Below are positions 22,377-33,090 of a stretch of DNA of 64,000 bases, one piece after another (the stretch's first letter is position 1; each line of letters opens with the position of its first letter). Location: NCBI GenBank assembly GCA_963734545.1, contig CAVTHO010000003.1, positions 352,001 to 416,000 on the forward strand, given 5' to 3'. The position numbers were made by a program, and so were the translations under genes. Under the pieces are notes generated by a model. The model did no database searches and was not told the DNA's origin. It saw nothing but the letters and a program-made list of their open reading frames with translations. Source of the DNA: an uncultured Spirochaetota bacterium (GTDB lineage: Bacteria > Spirochaetota > Spirochaetia > SZUA-6 > Fen-1364).

Positions 22377-22691
22377 CTACATTGCCACGAGGTCGAAAAT
22401 GTGTACTTTTCCGCCCTCCCCGATGATGGGGCAGTCCCTGACGAGCCTGGCCGCTGCGGCAAGATCGGCTGCCTGGAGGATGCTGTACCCATTGGAGACA
22501 TTGCCGCTGGTTCCGTCCTGGATCCCGGAAGAGGTCACTGTCTTGGAGCCTCCGAACGGGTTCCCGGGCTCGACGACGGATCCGCCGAGCTTGCCGAACC
22601 ACGACTTCCACACCTTCATGGAAGCTTCTCCTTCCTGGGGCGTTGTGGGGGCTTTTCCCCCGCTGTAAAGAACGATGAACTTGTTCATCAA
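22377..22691 (-). CDS. YciI/DGPF-like small protein
   Basis: KFIVLY..W..W...GNPF...NGYSILQAADL..A.....CP; RBS ggagga. Confidence 0.7.
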   Translation of the reverse strand: MMNKFIVLYSGGKAPTTPQEGEASMKVWKSWFGKLGGSVVEPGNPFGGSKTVTSSGIQDGTSGNVSNGYSILQAADLAAAARLVRDCPIIGEGGKVHIFDLVAM

Positions 22692-22698
22692 ATCCTCC

Positions 22699-22745
22699 CT
22701 TCCGCGGTAGTCCGCGGAGTTGTCTTCCGCGGTAGTCCGCGGAGT
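22699..22745. repeat. Two tandem intergenic hairpin elements (period 25)
   Basis: cttccgcggtagtccgcggagt at 22699-22720 and 22724-22745. Confidence 0.9.
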
Positions 22746-22835
22746 CTTTATCGTTGAGCGTGTGCTCTTACCTGATATGACGTATCGGCCGCCCCGAACT
22801 AATCGCTCACCGCGAGAAATGCGAGGGTTTCCCGT

Positions 22836-24890
22836 TTGCCCGCACCGCCCGGGAGCGGTACCTTCTTCGGGGAGAGCTCACGCCTGAACCGCCTTGCTAA
22901 AGAGAAAAGCCCGTACCTCCTCCAGCACGCCGGGAATCCTGTGGACTGGTACGCCTGGGGGGAGGAGGCATTCCGCAGGGCGAAAGACGACGACAAGCCT
23001 GTTTTCCTTTCCATCGGCTACGCCACCTGCCACTGGTGCCATGTGATGGCGCACGAGTCGTTCGAGGATGAGCGCGTCGCGGCGCTCATGAACTCGACAT
23101 TCGTGTCCATCAAGGTGGACCGCGAGGAAAGGCCGGACATCGACGGTCATTTCATGGGGATCTGCCAGCTCCTCACCGGGACGGGGGGGTGGCCGCTGAC
23201 CGTGGTCCTCACCCCGGAAGGCAAGCCGTTTTTCGCCGGCACGTATATCCCGAAAGACAACGCGTACGGCCGCAGGGGAATGCTCCAACTGGTTCCGGAA
23301 ATCGCGGAGCTGTGGGCCGCCCGGCGTGCGGAGGTGGACGCCTCCGCCGAAGAAATCATGAGAGAGCTCGCCAACCGCGCGAGCGGGAAGCCGGGCACCG
23401 GCGGCACTCCGGACCCGGCAGCGGCGGTTCAGGCGGCCCGGCAGCTTTCCCGGATGTTCGATCCTGAGAACGGCGGGTTCGGTGACGCTCCCAAGTTCCC
23501 CATGCCGGTCCTGTACTCCCTGCTGCTGCGCGCATGGGAACGCGGCAGGGACCCGGAAGTGCTCCGCGTGGTTGAACGGAGCCTCACCGCGATGCGAAAC
23601 GGGGGCATATACGACCAGGTAGGATATGGATTCCACCGCTACTCGACCGACTCCCGCTGGCAGGTCCCTCATTTTGAAAAGATGCTCTACGACCAGGCGC
23701 TTCTGCTTCTGGCCTACACCGAGACCTGGCAGGCCGCTGGCAGGGACTTCTACCGGCGCACCGCGGAGGAGATAGCCACGTACGTCCTGCGCGACATGAC
23801 CTCCCCGGAAGGGGCGTTCTACTCGGCGGAGGACGCGGACAGCGAGGGCGAGGAAGGGAAGTTCTACTCCTGGACCGGACACGAGGCTGCCGCAGCGCTT
23901 GGAGAGGATGAGCGCCGGCTCTTTGCCAAGACCTACGGTGAGCTCCAGCCGGGGCAGAACATTCTGCACAGGGAACGCACGGACATCTCGCCGCCGGGCC
24001 GGCCCGAAGAGCTGCTTTTCGCCGCGCGGGAGCGAAGGAACCGGCCATTCAAGGACGACAAGATCCTTGCCGATTGGAACGGTCTCATGATCGCGGCGCT
24101 CGCCCGCGCGGCCGGCGCGTTCGACGATCCGCGGCTTGTCGCGGCCGCGGGGAGGGCCGCGGATTTCGTGCTGCACCGCATGTGCCCGGAGGGCAGGCTC
24201 TGCCACCGGTTCCGTGACGGGGAGACAGGCATCACCGCATTTGCGGAAGATCACGCGTTCCTCGCATGGGGCCTCCTCGAGCTGTACGAAGCAGGGTTCG
24301 AGGAGCGATACCTCGTACAGGCACTCGACCTGGTGCAGGCCCTCGTTGCGCACCACTGGGACGCGGAAGACGGCGGATTCTTCCAGACCGCCGCGGATGC
24401 GCCCCCGCTTCCGGGGGGGCGCGTGAAACACCTGTCGGACGGCGTGATTCCCTCCGCGAACTCGGTGGGGCTTCTCGTGCTGCTGAAGCTCGCACGGATT
24501 ACCGGCAGCGTGGAGTACCAGCGCATGGCGGAGGCCATCATGCGCCTGTCAGGGGTCCGGGGCGGCGAAGACGCGTATTCACATGCGTTCTTCCTCTGCG
24601 CCATGGACATGGCGGCCGGCCCCTTTTTCGAAGTTGTCGTGGCGGGAAACCCCGATGCCGGCGACACGCGCGCAATGGCGCGCGAGGTGCGCCAAAGATT
24701 CATCCCCCGCAAGATTCTCGTTCTCCGGCCGATGGGAGATGCGGAGCCGCCGATCGTCCGGATTGCGCCGTTTACGAAACCGCTCTCCGCGCTGAATGGC
24801 AGGGCTGCCGCCTACGTGTGCCGTGATCACGCGTGCTCCCTGCCCACGGACGACCCGGCACGGCTGCTCGATCTCCTGAGCGCCAGCTAA
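22836..24890 (+). CDS. Thioredoxin-domain DUF255 (YyaL/SPATA20-like) protein; start uncertain
   Basis: [59 protein letters not shown]. Confidence 0.9.
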   Translation: MPAPPGSGTFFGESSRLNRLAKEKSPYLLQHAGNPVDWYAWGEEAFRRAKDDDKPVFLSIGYATCHWCHVMAHESFEDERVAALMNSTFVSIKVDREERPDIDGHFMGICQLLTGTGGWPLTVVLTPEGKPFFAGTYIPKDNAYGRRGMLQLVPEIAELWAARRAEVDASAEEIMRELANRASGKPGTGGTPDPAAAVQAARQLSRMFDPENGGFGDAPKFPMPVLYSLLLRAWERGRDPEVLRVVERSLTAMRNGGIYDQVGYGFHRYSTDSRWQVPHFEKMLYDQALLLLAYTETWQAAGRDFYRRTAEEIATYVLRDMTSPEGAFYSAEDADSEGEEGKFYSWTGHEAAAALGEDERRLFAKTYGELQPGQNILHRERTDISPPGRPEELLFAARERRNRPFKDDKILADWNGLMIAALARAAGAFDDPRLVAAAGRAADFVLHRMCPEGRLCHRFRDGETGITAFAEDHAFLAWGLLELYEAGFEERYLVQALDLVQALVAHHWDAEDGGFFQTAADAPPLPGGRVKHLSDGVIPSANSVGLLVLLKLARITGSVEYQRMAEAIMRLSGVRGGEDAYSHAFFLCAMDMAAGPFFEVVVAGNPDAGDTRAMAREVRQRFIPRKILVLRPMGDAEPPIVRIAPFTKPLSALNGRAAAYVCRDHACSLPTDDPARLLDLLSAS

Positions 24891-25711
24891 AAGGTCACGT
24901 GGTCAGGATGCGGTCCGATACGCGCTTCCGCGTCGAGGGCGGTGATCCGTTCGACATCCGCCGGCTCGAGCTGGAAATCGAATACGCGGCTGTTCTCCAG
25001 AATGCGTTCCCGGTGGATCGATTTGGGAATGGTGACGACACCGAGCTGGAGGTCCCAGCGCAGGATGACCTGCGCCGGGGTTTTTCCGTACTTTGCGGCG
25101 ATCCCGGCAATGACGGGATTGTCCAGGCTGCGTCCCCTTGTGAGGGGTGACCATGCTTCATGCCGCACCCCCGCGCGCTCGTCAAAGGCAAGGAGATCCT
25201 GCTGGACGAGGAAGGGATGGAACTCCACCTGGTTCACCGCGGGCACCACGGGAGAGGCCTTCATGACGCTCTCCAGGTGATGCACGAGAAAATTGCTCAC
25301 TCCTATCGCGCGCGTCTTCCCGTCCGCGTAGATCTTCTCCAGCGCCTTCCATGTTTCCAGAAGCTTCCCCTCGACGGGCCAGTGGATGAGGTACAGGTCC
25401 AGGACGTCGAGGCCGAGGTTCTTCCGGCTGCGGTCGAATGCCTTCAACGTACCCTGGTATCCCTGGTCCTGGTTCCATACCTTGGTGGTGATGAACACCT
25501 TTTCCCGGGGAACCCGACTGTCCTTGAGCGCCCGGCCGACGTCCGCCTCGTTCTGGTAGTACGCCGCTGTGTCGACGTGGCGGTAGCCTATCTCCAGCGC
25601 CCACCGAACGGCCTGTTCCGTCTCCTTGCCGGGCGGGGATTTGAACACACCCAGACCGACCCATGGCATCTCGACTCCATTGTTGAGCTTCACGCTCGAC
25701 GAAAGGTCCAT
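24887..25711 (-). CDS. Aldo/keto reductase
   Basis: [41 protein letters not shown]. Confidence 0.92.
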   Translation of the reverse strand: MDLSSSVKLNNGVEMPWVGLGVFKSPPGKETEQAVRWALEIGYRHVDTAAYYQNEADVGRALKDSRVPREKVFITTKVWNQDQGYQGTLKAFDRSRKNLGLDVLDLYLIHWPVEGKLLETWKALEKIYADGKTRAIGVSNFLVHHLESVMKASPVVPAVNQVEFHPFLVQQDLLAFDERAGVRHEAWSPLTRGRSLDNPVIAGIAAKYGKTPAQVILRWDLQLGVVTIPKSIHRERILENSRVFDFQLEPADVERITALDAEARIGPHPDHVTF

Positions 25712-25773
25712 GAATCTAAGAAAACATCTTTGCCCTTCGTTGTCCACTGCTGGTACCTTTGACGGGGGTGACT

Positions 25774-26484
25774 ATGTTGGAAGGCAAAATTGTCGCGATT
25801 TCAGGGGCGGCCGGCGGGCTGGGGCCGACCGTGGCGCGCGCGTTTTTCGAGCTCGGGGCGACGCTCTGCGCCGGCGGGCGGAGCAGGGAAGGCCTCACGG
25901 GAATGCTGGACGCGCTCGGGGTCCCGCCGGCGCGATGCATGGCAACGGCTGTCGATCTGCTGGACGTATCCGCGGCAAATGATTGGGCGGAAGCGATCCT
26001 GAAGAGATTCGGCAGGATCGACATCGTCCTGCACCTGGTGGGCGGCTACAAGGGCGGCACGACCATCGCGGAGCTCGACCCCGCTGACTGGAGCCCGCTC
26101 GGCGACATGCTCGTGCGGACAACCCTGCACGTGGCCCGCGCGTTTGCCGGGCCTCTCAAGGCCGGCGGGTGGGGCCGGTTCATCGGGGTCACCTCCCCCA
26201 AGGCCCAGGCGCCGACCGCGAAGACCGCTCTGTACGCCATGGGTAAGGCTGCCTCCGACGCGCTGGTGCTGGCCCTTGCGGACGAGCTGCGGGGCACGGG
26301 CGCCACGGCGAATCTCATCGTGGTGGATTCCATAGATAATCCCGAGACACGGGCTGCGCAGCCGAAAAAGGCATACGGAAAATCGACTCCCGCTGAGGAG
26401 ATCGCGGCAGCCATGGTGTTCCTCTGCTCGGAGGGGGCTGCCACGATCAACGGGGCGCGCCTGCCTCTGACCGGCCGCGGCTGA
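25774..26484 (+). CDS. Short-chain dehydrogenase/reductase
   Basis: ISGAAGGLG, YAMGK (YxxxK). Confidence 0.85.
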   Translation: MLEGKIVAISGAAGGLGPTVARAFFELGATLCAGGRSREGLTGMLDALGVPPARCMATAVDLLDVSAANDWAEAILKRFGRIDIVLHLVGGYKGGTTIAELDPADWSPLGDMLVRTTLHVARAFAGPLKAGGWGRFIGVTSPKAQAPTAKTALYAMGKAASDALVLALADELRGTGATANLIVVDSIDNPETRAAQPKKAYGKSTPAEEIAAAMVFLCSEGAATINGARLPLTGRG

Positions 26485-26500
26485 GCGAACCTCTTTTGTA

Positions 26501-26529
26501 TTGACACCTCGGGAGGGCGATTCTACACT
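26501..26529 (+). promoter_or_regulatory. sigma70-type promoter of the cheY-cheX-kinase operon
   Basis: TTGACA, 17 nt, TACACT; RBS ggaggt before ATG 26551. Confidence 0.75.
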
Positions 26530-26550
26530 TCGGGGCGCCGGAGGTCTCAT

Positions 26551-26940
26551 ATGAAAGTGCTTGTCATCGACGATTCTGCCGTCATGAGAAGGATTCATCG
26601 GAACACCCTCACGGAGCACGGCATCCCCGAAAGCGACATCCTCGATGCATCCGATGGGGAGGCTGCCCTCAGGATCGCCACCGAAGGGCACATCGGGCTC
26701 TTCCTCGTGGACTGGAACATGCCGAAGCTCGACGGCTTTCAGCTCGTGAAGGCGCTGCGGGCCATCCCCCATTATGCCTCCACGCCGATCATCATGATCA
26801 CCTCCGAGGCGGCGAAATACAACGTGATGGAGGCCATCAACGCGGGGGTCACCAACTACGTCGTGAAGCCGATCAAGGGTGACATCCTGTGGCAGAAGCT
26901 GGCGAAGTACGTCGATCCCGGGGCCGGGGGCGCCGCATGA
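26551..26940 (+). CDS. cheY: CheY-like single-domain response regulator
   Basis: KVLVIDDS, DWNMPKLDG, IIMITSE, YVVKP. Confidence 0.85.
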   Translation: MKVLVIDDSAVMRRIHRNTLTEHGIPESDILDASDGEAALRIATEGHIGLFLVDWNMPKLDGFQLVKALRAIPHYASTPIIMITSEAAKYNVMEAINAGVTNYVVKPIKGDILWQKLAKYVDPGAGGAA

Positions 26941-27398
26941 AAGCGAAGTACATCAATCCGTTTCTCGCCGCCTCCATGAATCTGTTCAAGGAACATCTCG
27001 GCGTCGATGTGCGCAGCCTCAACCCGTTCGTGCGCAAGGATCCCACGGCCCTGGAGGAAGTCTCGGGGATTATCGGTCTTGCAGGGGAAACCACCGGCGC
27101 GGTGGTGCTCAGCTTCTCACGGGTGACCGCGATGAACATCGTTTCCGTCTTCGCCGGCAAATCGTATACAGCGCTCACCAACGAAGTGCTGGACGGAGTG
27201 GGAGAGCTGGTGAACATCATCGCCGGCAATGCCAAGAAGGACCTGCTGGATTTCCGCATCTCGATCTCCCTGCCGGGCGTCATCGTCGGATCGGCAACCA
27301 AGATCCATTGGCCCGAGGGCGTGCCCGTCATCACCATCCCCTTTGACTCGAACCTCGGGAGCCTCAGCGTGAATGTCTCGTTGAAAGAGGCCGAATGA
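26937..27398 (+). CDS. cheX: CheX phosphatase
   Basis: YINPFL, VSGIIGLAG, GELVNIIAGN, ISLP; ATGA coupling with cheY. Confidence 0.9.
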   Translation: MKAKYINPFLAASMNLFKEHLGVDVRSLNPFVRKDPTALEEVSGIIGLAGETTGAVVLSFSRVTAMNIVSVFAGKSYTALTNEVLDGVGELVNIIAGNAKKDLLDFRISISLPGVIVGSATKIHWPEGVPVITIPFDSNLGSLSVNVSLKEAE

Positions 27399-29620
27399 TG
27401 GCGCGCCGAACGGTTTCCATACAGCTCAAGATCGTGTCCCTCATTGTCGTGATCCTCGTGGCGAGCACGGCGGCGTCCGTGATCTTCACCGTGCGCAGCC
27501 AGCGCGCGAACCTCCTCGAGGCCACGCAGCGGACCCTGTCCGTCAATTCAGACCTGCTTCTTCTCACCATTCAGAACCTCATGCTGAGCGGCGAAGCTCC
27601 CATCGCCGTGCGGGCAATGGCGAGCTACAAGACCATCGAGAGCTTTACGGAGATCAGCCTCTACCGTGCGAACGGGGACGCGGCATTCAGCGACTATGCC
27701 ACCATCGACGACGTGAACGGCTTTCAGAAAAAGATCCGCTTCATGCGGACACCGCGGGCCGAGCCTGATACGGAGGATGATCCTGCTTTGAAAAAGGCGG
27801 TGGCCGGGAGGACGCCCATACAGGTGGTGTCGGAGAAGGACCGTTCCTTCGAGTCCTTCTTTCCCATCATCAACCTCACCGAGTGCCGGCAGTGCCATGG
27901 CCGCTCGGGTTTCGTGCGCGGCGTTCTTCATCTCAAGCTCTCCCTTGCCGCGGTCTTCGACCAGATCCGCTTCGCGCGGGATACCCTCTCGATCCTTCTC
28001 GGCTCCATCGGTATTGCCATCGCCGGGCTGCTCGTGCTGCTGCTCAACCGGGTCATCGTTTCCCCGGTTCTGTCCATCGGGCGGACGGCGAGGATCGTCG
28101 GCCAGGGTGATCTGGATGCCCGGGTGTCCGTGCGCTCGCGGGACGAGCTGGGCGCGCTGGGAGAGACGCTGAATGAGATGATCGCGGGACTCAAGGAGAG
28201 GAACGAGCTGGCCGTCCGGAACAGGGTCATCGACACGCTCAACAAGGAGAGCAGGAAATATCTGGACACGATCCAGGAAGGCCTCCTCCTCCTGGACCGG
28301 CGCTTCGTGATCAGCGAGCAGTACTCGCTGTTCCTGGAAAAGCTGTTTTCCACGAGCGACATTGCGGGCAGGAGCTTCCTGGACTTCCTGTACCCCGATG
28401 CCGCGGCACACGCGGCCAGGCGGGAGGAGCTGGAGAAGTTCCTCGAGATCCTCTTCACGAAGACCGTGTCCGACATGGAAATGATCCTCCAGCTCAACCC
28501 GCTGCGGGACGTCACTCTCGTGGCGAGCGGCGGAGGCAGGGCGAAAGAGATCGTGGTGGATACCGTGTTTCACCGCATCCTGGAGAACGACCGGGTGGTC
28601 AATGTGCTGGTGATATTCGAGGACCGCACCGATCTGGTACGGGTGAGGAACGAGCTGGAGCGGGAGAAAGCGCGCAGTGAAACGGAGCTGGCGCACATTG
28701 CCGCCATTCTCAGGGCCGGCCCGCAGGCGTTCCAGGAGTTCGCCGACCAGGCGGAGGAGACCGTCCGGACCCTCGAGTCCAGGATGGGCAGGCTGGAAGC
28801 CGGGGAAGGGATCGACAGCCTTTTCCGCAGCATCCATTCGCTGAAAGGGGCGGCGCGCTACCTCGAGTTCCGCACCCTCGAGCACTCCGCGCACGCGGTG
28901 GAGCAGGCGCTGGCCGGCGTGAGAGACGGCACCGCGGCCGCGGACGGTGAAATGCAGGTGCGCCTCCGCGCGCTGATCGAGACGATCCGGCAGGAGATCG
29001 GGGCAGTGCGGACGCTGATCGATCGGTTCCGCCAGTTCGCCGTGACCGCCGCGCCGGCAGAGGGAGAGCGGGGACCGGGCCCCTTCCAGGAGCTGGTCGA
29101 GTCCCTGAAGAGCATGGCAGCCGACATCGCGCGCGAGCTCGGCAAGGAGGTGACCTTCTCCACGAGCGGCCGGCTCCCGGACGACAATCTCTTGCGGCGC
29201 CTGCGCGATCCGCTGATCCACCTGCTGCGCAATGCCGTGGACCACGGCATCGAGGATCCGATGGAGAGGCTCGGCTCCGGCAAGCCGCAGTCAGGCAGGA
29301 TCCTGGTGAGCTTTGCGCGCAGGGGAGCGGAGACGGTGATACGGATAACGGATGACGGGCAGGGCATCGACTTTGCGCGCGTACGGGACCGGGCCGAGGA
29401 GCTGGGTCTCATCCGGCGCGGTCAGGCGCCGGCCAATGCCGAGCTCACGAAGCTTCTTTTCTCTCCGCGGTTCAGCTCGAGGGGAGAGGCATCGGAGATC
29501 TCGGGGCGCGGCGTGGGACTGGACATCGTACGGGAGGCAATGCGCGCGCTCGGCGGACGAATCGGCGTTGCCACCCGCAAGGGGGAAGGGACCGCGTTCA
29601 CGCTGCACATCCCCTCCTGA
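27395..29620 (+). CDS. Membrane-bound CheA-like kinase: TM, periplasmic CxxCH sensor, TM, HAMP, PAS-like, Hpt, HATPase; no CheW domain
   Basis: ECRQCHG; HAMP RDELGALGETLNEM; Hpt LFRSIHSLKGAA; HLLRNAVDHGIE, DDGQGID, ISGRGVGLD; ends FTLHIPS. Confidence 0.8.
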   Translation: MMARRTVSIQLKIVSLIVVILVASTAASVIFTVRSQRANLLEATQRTLSVNSDLLLLTIQNLMLSGEAPIAVRAMASYKTIESFTEISLYRANGDAAFSDYATIDDVNGFQKKIRFMRTPRAEPDTEDDPALKKAVAGRTPIQVVSEKDRSFESFFPIINLTECRQCHGRSGFVRGVLHLKLSLAAVFDQIRFARDTLSILLGSIGIAIAGLLVLLLNRVIVSPVLSIGRTARIVGQGDLDARVSVRSRDELGALGETLNEMIAGLKERNELAVRNRVIDTLNKESRKYLDTIQEGLLLLDRRFVISEQYSLFLEKLFSTSDIAGRSFLDFLYPDAAAHAARREELEKFLEILFTKTVSDMEMILQLNPLRDVTLVASGGGRAKEIVVDTVFHRILENDRVVNVLVIFEDRTDLVRVRNELEREKARSETELAHIAAILRAGPQAFQEFADQAEETVRTLESRMGRLEAGEGIDSLFRSIHSLKGAARYLEFRTLEHSAHAVEQALAGVRDGTAAADGEMQVRLRALIETIRQEIGAVRTLIDRFRQFAVTAAPAEGERGPGPFQELVESLKSMAADIARELGKEVTFSTSGRLPDDNLLRRLRDPLIHLLRNAVDHGIEDPMERLGSGKPQSGRILVSFARRGAETVIRITDDGQGIDFARVRDRAEELGLIRRGQAPANAELTKLLFSPRFSSRGEASEISGRGVGLDIVREAMRALGGRIGVATRKGEGTAFTLHIPS

Positions 29621-29631
29621 GGGAAGCGGGG

Positions 29632-30171
29632 TCACTTCCCCCCGGCGGGAAGCGGCGCGTCCAGCGGCCAGAGGATCACGTAGTCGTTGTCCTTCACCCC
29701 GGCATGACATTCGTAGCAGTACGCGACCCTGCCTTCGAGGGCGAGGTTATTGCTGACCACGATCTTCCCCTTGGGATCGTACATCGCCCAGAACCAGTCG
29801 CCGTCGTCGGGATTGTAGCCGCGCACTTTCGCCATCACGGTGACATTGATGAGCTTCTTGTCCGCGCTGAAGTTCTCTTTGACGATAATCGACCCGTCGG
29901 GAGCGGTCTTCGAGGCAATGGGCAGCGCGGAGGCGAGGGTCGCGTTGATGTACACCTCGTGATATTTCCCGTGCGGAGACTGCCCGGGGAGGAGCCCCTC
30001 CTGCCCGGGCCAGTGCGCGTATATATCGTAGTCGCTGTCCACCGTGATGCGCTTCCACAGCCGCTCGCCGGATATTTCAGCTCCGGTGAGCGGAGCAAGG
30101 ATCGGCTCTTTCTCCTTTGTGCAGCCGAAAATCAACGCGGCAAGACAGCCCAGAAGGAGCACGCAGCGCAT
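29632..30171 (-). CDS. Cytochrome P460-family lipoprotein
   Basis: Lipobox LIFGC; PDGSIIVKE, VTVMAK, GDWFWA, C-terminal CYECH. Confidence 0.75.
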   Translation of the reverse strand: MRCVLLLGCLAALIFGCTKEKEPILAPLTGAEISGERLWKRITVDSDYDIYAHWPGQEGLLPGQSPHGKYHEVYINATLASALPIASKTAPDGSIIVKENFSADKKLINVTVMAKVRGYNPDDGDWFWAMYDPKGKIVVSNNLALEGRVAYCYECHAGVKDNDYVILWPLDAPLPAGGK

Positions 30172-30222
30172 GGGCCCACCTCCCTGCGCCATGATACGCC
30201 GGGGCAGGGTGAAGCGCAATGA

Positions 30223-30278
30223 GCCGCCTGTCGTGCATCCCTGCACTCGGCGGCCTCGACATCCCTGTCTACGGCCGC
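30223..30278. repeat. Intergenic double-hairpin element related to 19653-19705
   Basis: gtgca-tccc-tgcac tc ggcggcc tc gaca-tccc-tgtc tac ggccgc. Confidence 0.7.
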
Positions 30279-31312
30279 TATCGGGCGGGAGTTTCCCGCT
30301 CCAGCTGCCGGTAGATGTCGTCGAGTATCTCGGGAAGGGGAAGCGGACGAGAGTGTATCGGGACGCAGCTCTCGCGGCCGGTATCGAGGCTTTCATTGCC
30401 CATCCTGGCTCCCAGCCCGTCAGCGGGCGATAGTCCGGCAAGCACGGCGGCGAGCTCCTTGAGCATGCGGGTGCAATCGGCAAGCGCCAGCTCGTACAGG
30501 TCGAAAAAGCTCGCCGTGCTGGTCGCCGTATCGTCGCAGGGATGGCACCAGGTGGCATGGCCGAGGTTGAGGAAATCGTACCCCGGGGGGACCTCGCGGG
30601 GGTGGATCAACCCGAGTCGTTTTTCGCGGAAGCTCTCCTTGCGGTCCTTTCTGAACGCGAGACGGAGCAGGTCCGTATTGAGGTGATTGGTGACCTTGTA
30701 GAAGAAAATCGTGTCATGATACGCGTTCTCGATGCGCTTCCTGTCGCGGCTCTTGTAGTTGAAGGACGGATACGTGGAGTTGAGGGCCTTCACCAGCGCC
30801 TTGATGACCGGATAGGGCAGGGTTTTTCCGCATCGGACCTGTGAGAGGAAGTCGAAATCCGCGGGTGCTTTTCCGAAGCGCTTCTCCAGCACGAGAAGGT
30901 CGATGATTCGTTCCAGGAACGGATGCGCGTGATAGAGCCGGCGCGTGCGCTCGTCCCTCGGGTCGTCCCACCCGGCAAAGTACCCGATGAATGGATGGGT
31001 CCGCCGATCCAGCGGCGCGTGTGTCGCGAAACCGAGGATGAAGGCGGAAAGCTCCGAGCCGACGCCCGCGGACAGGCGGAGTGCTTCCCGCGCCATCGCC
31101 TCCACGAACGTGCCGTACCCGTGCCGGTGCAGCGCCACCCCGTAACGCAGCCCCGTGGGCATGGTCCGCTGATTGTGATAGAAGAAGTCGGGACCCTGCG
31201 CCCCGAACCGGAACAGGTTGCCGTGTGCGGCGAGGAACTCATGTGCCTTCTCGCCAAGGGCACCGCGGAGCGCTTCCTCTGCAAAGAGGAGGTGCGTGAA
31301 GTGGGAAGGCAT
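30278..31312 (-). CDS. Zinc-dependent phospholipase C family protein
   Basis: MPSHFTH, GAQGPDFFY, GFATHAPLD..THP, H..LE..ID. Confidence 0.7.
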   Translation of the reverse strand: MPSHFTHLLFAEEALRGALGEKAHEFLAAHGNLFRFGAQGPDFFYHNQRTMPTGLRYGVALHRHGYGTFVEAMAREALRLSAGVGSELSAFILGFATHAPLDRRTHPFIGYFAGWDDPRDERTRRLYHAHPFLERIIDLLVLEKRFGKAPADFDFLSQVRCGKTLPYPVIKALVKALNSTYPSFNYKSRDRKRIENAYHDTIFFYKVTNHLNTDLLRLAFRKDRKESFREKRLGLIHPREVPPGYDFLNLGHATWCHPCDDTATSTASFFDLYELALADCTRMLKELAAVLAGLSPADGLGARMGNESLDTGRESCVPIHSRPLPLPEILDDIYRQLERETPAR

Positions 31313-31415
31313 AAAACCAAGATAACATGAAACGGTGCGACTTTCACGTTGGACGGGCGGGCAGCTGCCCGGTCCGGCGCGGCTTTTCGGGCGATCGTCC
31401 GCTCACCCCCACCCC

Positions 31416-31443
31416 TTGACTTTTTCCCGACCGCCGATAGTAT
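31416..31443 (+). promoter_or_regulatory. Putative tRNA promoter
   Basis: TTGACT, 16 nt, TAGTAT, ending 11 nt before the tRNA. Confidence 0.5.
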
Positions 31444-31454
31444 GTGCCGATATC

Positions 31455-31527
<73 letters not shown>

Positions 31528-31571
31528 ATCCCCGGGTAAGCCCTCGCGCAAGCCTCCCTGCACCTTGAAAT

Positions 31572-33068
31572 TCACCCCCGCCTGCCGAATGACCGCGCGG
31601 CGGCAACGGCCGCATTCCATCCTTCGACAAGGGCGCCGCGGGCCGCCGTGTCCATCTTCGGCTCGAAAATCGTGTCTGCCTGCCAGATTTCGGCAAGCTC
31701 CTCCCTGTTCTTCCAGACCCCCGCGGTCAGTCCCGCAGCGAATGCGGCGCCGAGCGCCGTGGTTTCCGGGCTTCGGGGACGGACAAGAGGCGTGCCCAGG
31801 ATGTCCGCCTGGAACTGCATGAGGAATGCATTGACCGACGCGCCTCCGTCCACGCGCACGGACTGGATTGCGCGGCCGGCATCCCTCTCCATGGCCTCGA
31901 CGAGGTCGCGCGTCTGGAAGGCAATGCTCTCCAGCCCGGCGCGCACGATGTGCTCCTGCCGGGTGCCGCGCGTGATTCCGAACAGGGCACCCCGCACCTC
32001 GGGATCCCAGTACGGCGCTCCCATGCCCACGAACGCGGGAACGAAATAGACCCCGCCGGTGTCCGCAACCGACCGGGCCAGTGTGTCGGATTCCGCGGAA
32101 GAGGAGAGGATGCGCAGCTCGTCGCGCAGCCACTGTACCACCGCGCCTCCGACGAACACGGAGCCCTCCAGCGCGTACTCCAGGCCGTCGCCCAGGTCCC
32201 ATGCAACGGTCGTGAGAAGCCGGTTGCGGGAGGCAACGGCCTGGCGGCCGGTGGAAAGCAGGCAGAAGCATCCCGTCCCGTACGTGACTTTCACCGCCCC
32301 TGGCTCCAGGCACGCCTGGCCCAGGAGCGCGGCCTGCTGGTCTCCCAGCACGCCGCACACGGGAATCTCAGCGCCGAGAAGGCTTGCCTCCGCATGACCG
32401 AAGCTCGCGGAGGAGGGGATGACGCGGGGCAGCAGCGCCGCGGGGATTTCCAGGGCGGCGAGTATCTCCGGGTCCCACGCGCCCTTGCGAATGTCGAAGA
32501 GGAGCGTCCGTGAGGCGTTCGACGGGTCCGTGAAGTGGCCCCCCGTCAGCTTGTAGACGAGCCACGAATCCACCGTGCCGAAGCAGACGTCTCCCGCGTG
32601 CGCCTTTTTCCGCATGCCCGGCATGTTTTCCAGGGCCCACATGATTTTCGTCGCCGAGAAGTATGGATCGACCAGGAGGCCCGTGCGCTCAATGAGCATG
32701 CGCTCCAGCCCCCGGGCGGAGAGGGTGCGGCAGATATCTGCCGTGCGCCGATCCTGCCAGACGATGGCGGGGCCGAGGGGCGCGCCCGTGCTCCTGTCCC
32801 AGAACACGGCCGTTTCCCGCTGGTTGGCAATTCCGATCCCGGCGATCTGCGAGGGACTGATGTGCGCCTGGGCAATGGCCTCCCGCGCCGCGGTGAGCTG
32901 GGTGGACCAGATCTCAGCAGGGTCGTGCTCCACCCAGCCCGGGCGGGGGTAGCTCTGCGGAAAGGATTTCTGAGACAGGGCGAGCGCGCGTCCCGTCCGG
33001 TCGTAGACGATGGCGCGAGAGCTGGTCGTGCCCTGATCGAGGGCGAGAACGTACTGCGAGCCTGCCAT
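31572..33068 (-). CDS. glpK: Glycerol kinase
   Basis: [56 protein letters not shown]. Confidence 0.95.
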   Translation of the reverse strand: MAGSQYVLALDQGTTSSRAIVYDRTGRALALSQKSFPQSYPRPGWVEHDPAEIWSTQLTAAREAIAQAHISPSQIAGIGIANQRETAVFWDRSTGAPLGPAIVWQDRRTADICRTLSARGLERMLIERTGLLVDPYFSATKIMWALENMPGMRKKAHAGDVCFGTVDSWLVYKLTGGHFTDPSNASRTLLFDIRKGAWDPEILAALEIPAALLPRVIPSSASFGHAEASLLGAEIPVCGVLGDQQAALLGQACLEPGAVKVTYGTGCFCLLSTGRQAVASRNRLLTTVAWDLGDGLEYALEGSVFVGGAVVQWLRDELRILSSSAESDTLARSVADTGGVYFVPAFVGMGAPYWDPEVRGALFGITRGTRQEHIVRAGLESIAFQTRDLVEAMERDAGRAIQSVRVDGGASVNAFLMQFQADILGTPLVRPRSPETTALGAAFAAGLTAGVWKNREELAEIWQADTIFEPKMDTAARGALVEGWNAAVAAARSFGRRG

Positions 33069-33090
33069 GAAGGGGATTATATGCGTCCGG

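Noticed and set aside
20996-22745. Short tandem palindromes as a mini-CRISPR
   Set aside because: Only two copies each with 3-6-nt gaps, too short for spacers.
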